Assembly (NCBI GenBank): GCA_046484135.1
Contig: JAWOBU010000003.1
Location: forward strand, 1-36,880
Length of the DNA stretch: 36,880 nt
Direction: 5' to 3'
Origin: a bacterium
GTDB taxonomy: Bacteria; RBG-13-61-14; DATKZS01
In this document: piece by piece, positions 34,487-36,880 of the stretch
How positions within the stretch are numbered: the stretch's first letter is position 1
How the letters are laid out: each line of letters starts with the position of its first letter
Position numbers and translations under genes: made by a program
The notes under the pieces: generated by a model
Told to the model about the DNA's origin: nothing
What the model saw: the letters and a program-made list of their open reading frames with translations, nothing else
Databases searched by the model: none

Positions 34487-35653
34487 ATGATCGGCGTTAG
34501 TAAGCTATTAATCGAAAAACAAGAGCCCTCTGACGAGCTCCGTTACGGGAGCAGAGGACATCCCGGCGAGACCCCCTCCGCGGCTAACCGCCCCATCGTG
34601 GTCTACAACTGCGTGAAAAGATGCAACTTAAGATGCGTGCACTGCTACGCCCATGCCGGAGCCGAAGAAGACCCGGATGTACTCACCACCACGGAAGCCA
34701 AGAATATGATCAGGTCCACCGCGGAGTTCGGCTGTCCGGTGATGCTGTTTTCCGGAGGAGAGCCGCTTTTGCGCGAGGACCTGTTCGAGCTCATGCACTA
34801 TTCTTCCGAAAAAGGCATGAGGCTTACGCTGTCCACCAACGGGACCCTGATCACCAGGGAGATGGCCCGCGAGCTTAGGACCTGCGGGCTCGGCTACGTG
34901 GGCATCAGCCTGGACGGCATGGAACAAACCCACGATAAGTTCCGGCGGGTCAAAGGTTGCTTCCAAAAGGCAATGGAGGGCATCGAGAACTGTAAAGCGG
35001 AGGGCATCCGCACCGGCTTGCGGGTTACCCTGACCCGGCACAACTATCAAGAGGTCCCCGCGATTCTCGACCTGCTGGTTCAGGCTGAGGTTCAGCGCAT
35101 CTGCTTTTATCACCTGGTTTACACCGGCCGGGGAACCGAGCTGATGGAGGAAGACCTGGACCACCAACAGACGCGCGAGACACTGGACACCATCATCGAG
35201 AAGACCCTGGAGATGCACGAGCAGGGCCACAACAAGGAAGTGCTTATGGTGGACAACCACGCGGACGGCCCGTACATCTGGTGGTGGGCCCGCCGAAACC
35301 GGCCGGAGCTTGCCGACCGCATACTCGAGATGATCCAGGCCAACCGGGCCCGCAGCACGGGCGAGGGCATCTCCTGCGTCTCCTGGAACGGGGACGTTTC
35401 TCCCGACCAGTTCTGGCGCGATAAAATCCTGGGCAACGTGCGCGAGAAGAGCTTCGGCGACATCTGGCTCGACCCGGACAACCGGCTCCTTTGGGACCTG
35501 CGGCGGAGGGAAGAGCTTGTCAAAGGCAAGTGCGCCCGCTGCCGGTTCCTGTCCGTTTGCAGGGGCGGCTTCCGTGCGCGGGCCGAGGCCAAGGAAGGCG
35601 ACATGTGGGCCGCTGACCCGGCCTGTTACCTGACTGAGGAGGAAATCCGATGA
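34487..35653 (+). CDS. ahbC: Radical SAM/SPASM enzyme, 12,18-didecarboxysiroheme deacetylase
   Basis: MIGVSKL...DELRY, PIVVYNC..RCNLRCVHCY, FSGGEPL, YVGISLDG, CFYHLVYTGRG, VDNHADG, PDQFW, C..C....C.GGFRARA...DPACY; between cobA-hemD and hemB. Confidence 0.85.
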   Translation: MIGVSKLLIEKQEPSDELRYGSRGHPGETPSAANRPIVVYNCVKRCNLRCVHCYAHAGAEEDPDVLTTTEAKNMIRSTAEFGCPVMLFSGGEPLLREDLFELMHYSSEKGMRLTLSTNGTLITREMARELRTCGLGYVGISLDGMEQTHDKFRRVKGCFQKAMEGIENCKAEGIRTGLRVTLTRHNYQEVPAILDLLVQAEVQRICFYHLVYTGRGTELMEEDLDHQQTRETLDTIIEKTLEMHEQGHNKEVLMVDNHADGPYIWWWARRNRPELADRILEMIQANRARSTGEGISCVSWNGDVSPDQFWRDKILGNVREKSFGDIWLDPDNRLLWDLRRREELVKGKCARCRFLSVCRGGFRARAEAKEGDMWAADPACYLTEEEIR

Positions 35654-36636
35654 GCTTTCCCAAAACCCGGCTGAGGAGGCTTCGCCGTACCGAAAGCCTG
35701 CGGCGAATGACGCGGGAGACCCGGGTGCTTCCGCAGGACCTTATCATGCCTTACTTCGTGATCGAGGGCAGCAATAAAAAAGAACCCATCGCGAGCATGC
35801 CGGGCCAGGAGAGGCTCACGCCCGACCTTGTGGCCAAAGAAGCTCGACAACTTAATGAACTCTCCATTCCCGCGGTGCTCTTGTTCGGGGTAACCGAGAA
35901 GAAGTCGCCGGGAGCGGAAGAGGCCTATAACCCGGAAGGAGCGGTCCAGCAGGCGGTCCGCGCTATAAAGCGCGAGTCGCCCGAGACCTGCGTGATCTGC
36001 GATTTGTGCTGTTGCGAGTACACCGACTCCGGTCATTGCGGCATACTCACCGCCACAGGGGACGACGTGGACAACGACCCTACCCTCAAGCTCCTCTCCC
36101 GCATCGCCGTAAGCTATGCAGAAGCGGGCGCGGACGTGGTGGCCCCCTCCGACATGATGGACGGCAGAATCGGCGCTGTGCGGGACGCATTGGACGGGGA
36201 GGGGTTTTCCGACACGGTCATCATGAGCTATGCGGCCAAGTACGCGAGCGCTTTTTACGGCCCCTTCCGGGAGGCCGCGGGCTCGGGCCAGTTCCAGGGC
36301 ACCCGGAAGACCTACCAGATGGACCCGCCCAACAGCAGGGAGGCGCTTAGGGAAGTCGAGCTTGATATCGAAGAAGGCGCGGACATCGTAATGGTCAAGC
36401 CCGCGCTGTCCTACTTGGACATAATAAGATCGGTGGCGGACAGCTTTGACCTGCCGGTTGCCGCCTACAGCGTGAGCGGCGAGTACTCGATGATAAAAAA
36501 CGCGGCGGAGCAAGGGCTTTTGGACGAGCGCATGATCGTGCGCGAGACCCTGACCGCGATCAAGCGGGCGGGCGCGGACCTGATCATCACCTACTTTGCC
36601 AAACAAGCAGTGGAAAAGGGACACCTCTCAGATTGA
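35650..36636 (+). CDS. hemB: Porphobilinogen synthase (Zn-binding type)
   Basis: RLRRLR, DLCCCEYT..GHCG, APSDMMDGR, MSYAAKYASAFYGPFR, YQMD, MVKP, AYSVSGEY, KRAGAD.IITY. Confidence 0.97.
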   Translation: MSFPKTRLRRLRRTESLRRMTRETRVLPQDLIMPYFVIEGSNKKEPIASMPGQERLTPDLVAKEARQLNELSIPAVLLFGVTEKKSPGAEEAYNPEGAVQQAVRAIKRESPETCVICDLCCCEYTDSGHCGILTATGDDVDNDPTLKLLSRIAVSYAEAGADVVAPSDMMDGRIGAVRDALDGEGFSDTVIMSYAAKYASAFYGPFREAAGSGQFQGTRKTYQMDPPNSREALREVELDIEEGADIVMVKPALSYLDIIRSVADSFDLPVAAYSVSGEYSMIKNAAEQGLLDERMIVRETLTAIKRAGADLIITYFAKQAVEKGHLSD

Positions 36637-36880
36637 AAACGGACAAAAGCAAAGAAGCGTTCCAGCCCCGGGTGCTGGCCTGGGAAGTAACCCAGCGCTG
36701 TAACCTGAACTGCATCCACTGCCGGGCCTCGGCAAGCGACTCGGCTCCCGAGGGAGAGCTGTCCCTTGCCGAGTACAAGGCGCTCATTGACGAGGTGGCC
36801 GGTTTTGCTTCTCCCATCATAATACTTACCGGAGGCGAGCCGCTCCTGCGCGATGATGTCTATGACATTGCATCTTATGC
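36633..36880 (+). CDS. ahbD: Radical SAM haem b synthase AhbD, 5' part (truncated by window end)
   Basis: TTG at 36633 overlapping the hemB TGA; PRVLAWEVTQRCNLNCIHCRASA...IILTGGEPLLR; missing from the ORF track. Confidence 0.8.
   Translation, partial: MKTDKSKEAFQPRVLAWEVTQRCNLNCIHCRASASDSAPEGELSLAEYKALIDEVAGFASPIIILTGGEPLLRDDVYDIASY

Noticed and set aside
36001..36040. CCC triplet in HemB (DLCCCEY)
   Set aside because: Simple variant of the Zn-binding DxCxCx(Y/F)x3G(H/Q)CG motif.
736..36624. Many long antisense or alternate-frame ORFs (e.g. 736-1752, 3459-4436, 20812-22119, 35626-36624)
   Set aside because: Shadow ORFs of well-supported genes, expected in GC-rich DNA; none has recognisable motifs.
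1..36880. CRISPR arrays, tRNA (including tRNA-Sec), rRNA, integrase or transposase genes
   Set aside because: No regularly spaced repeats, cloverleaf-like sequences or recombinase motifs were seen in the intergenic regions or ORFs by eye.

Overview
A GC-rich chromosomal segment from an anaerobic, selenocysteine-using bacterium with deltaproteobacterial (Desulfobacterota/Myxococcota-like) gene content. In order it carries: the 5' end of a small operator-controlled gene; a J-domain/TPR co-chaperone; exported GH31 and GH15-like glycosidases; trmJ; an ArsR regulator followed by a CoA-disulfide-reductase/NADH-oxidase-family flavoprotein; three small membrane DUF proteins; YHS-folK-dapL; selD; a sulfatase-like lipoprotein; aroQ-roadblock-TPR; a type IV pilus operon (XRE-pilMNOPQ) with two accessory lipoproteins; an Ig-repeat lipoprotein; a phosphoglycerate mutase homologue; DUF58; a PTS IIA protein; and the siroheme-dependent haem operon (hemC, cobA-hemD, ahbC, hemB, partial ahbD). 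The most notable observations are: (1) the iPGM/GpmI homologue is circularly permuted, with its catalytic residues retained; (2) two genes truncated by the ORF track have an in-frame UGA at the catalytic Cys position plus a SECIS-like hairpin, namely SelD (U21) and the flavoprotein (U45), the latter under a probable ArsR operator; (3) PilN carries a ~120-aa insertion with 10 cysteines, and pilQ is followed by uncharacterised lipoproteins, one apparently frameshifted, where aroCKB sits in Geobacter-type loci. No rRNA, tRNA, CRISPR array or complete transposase was recognised. All family assignments come from motif recognition, not database searches.
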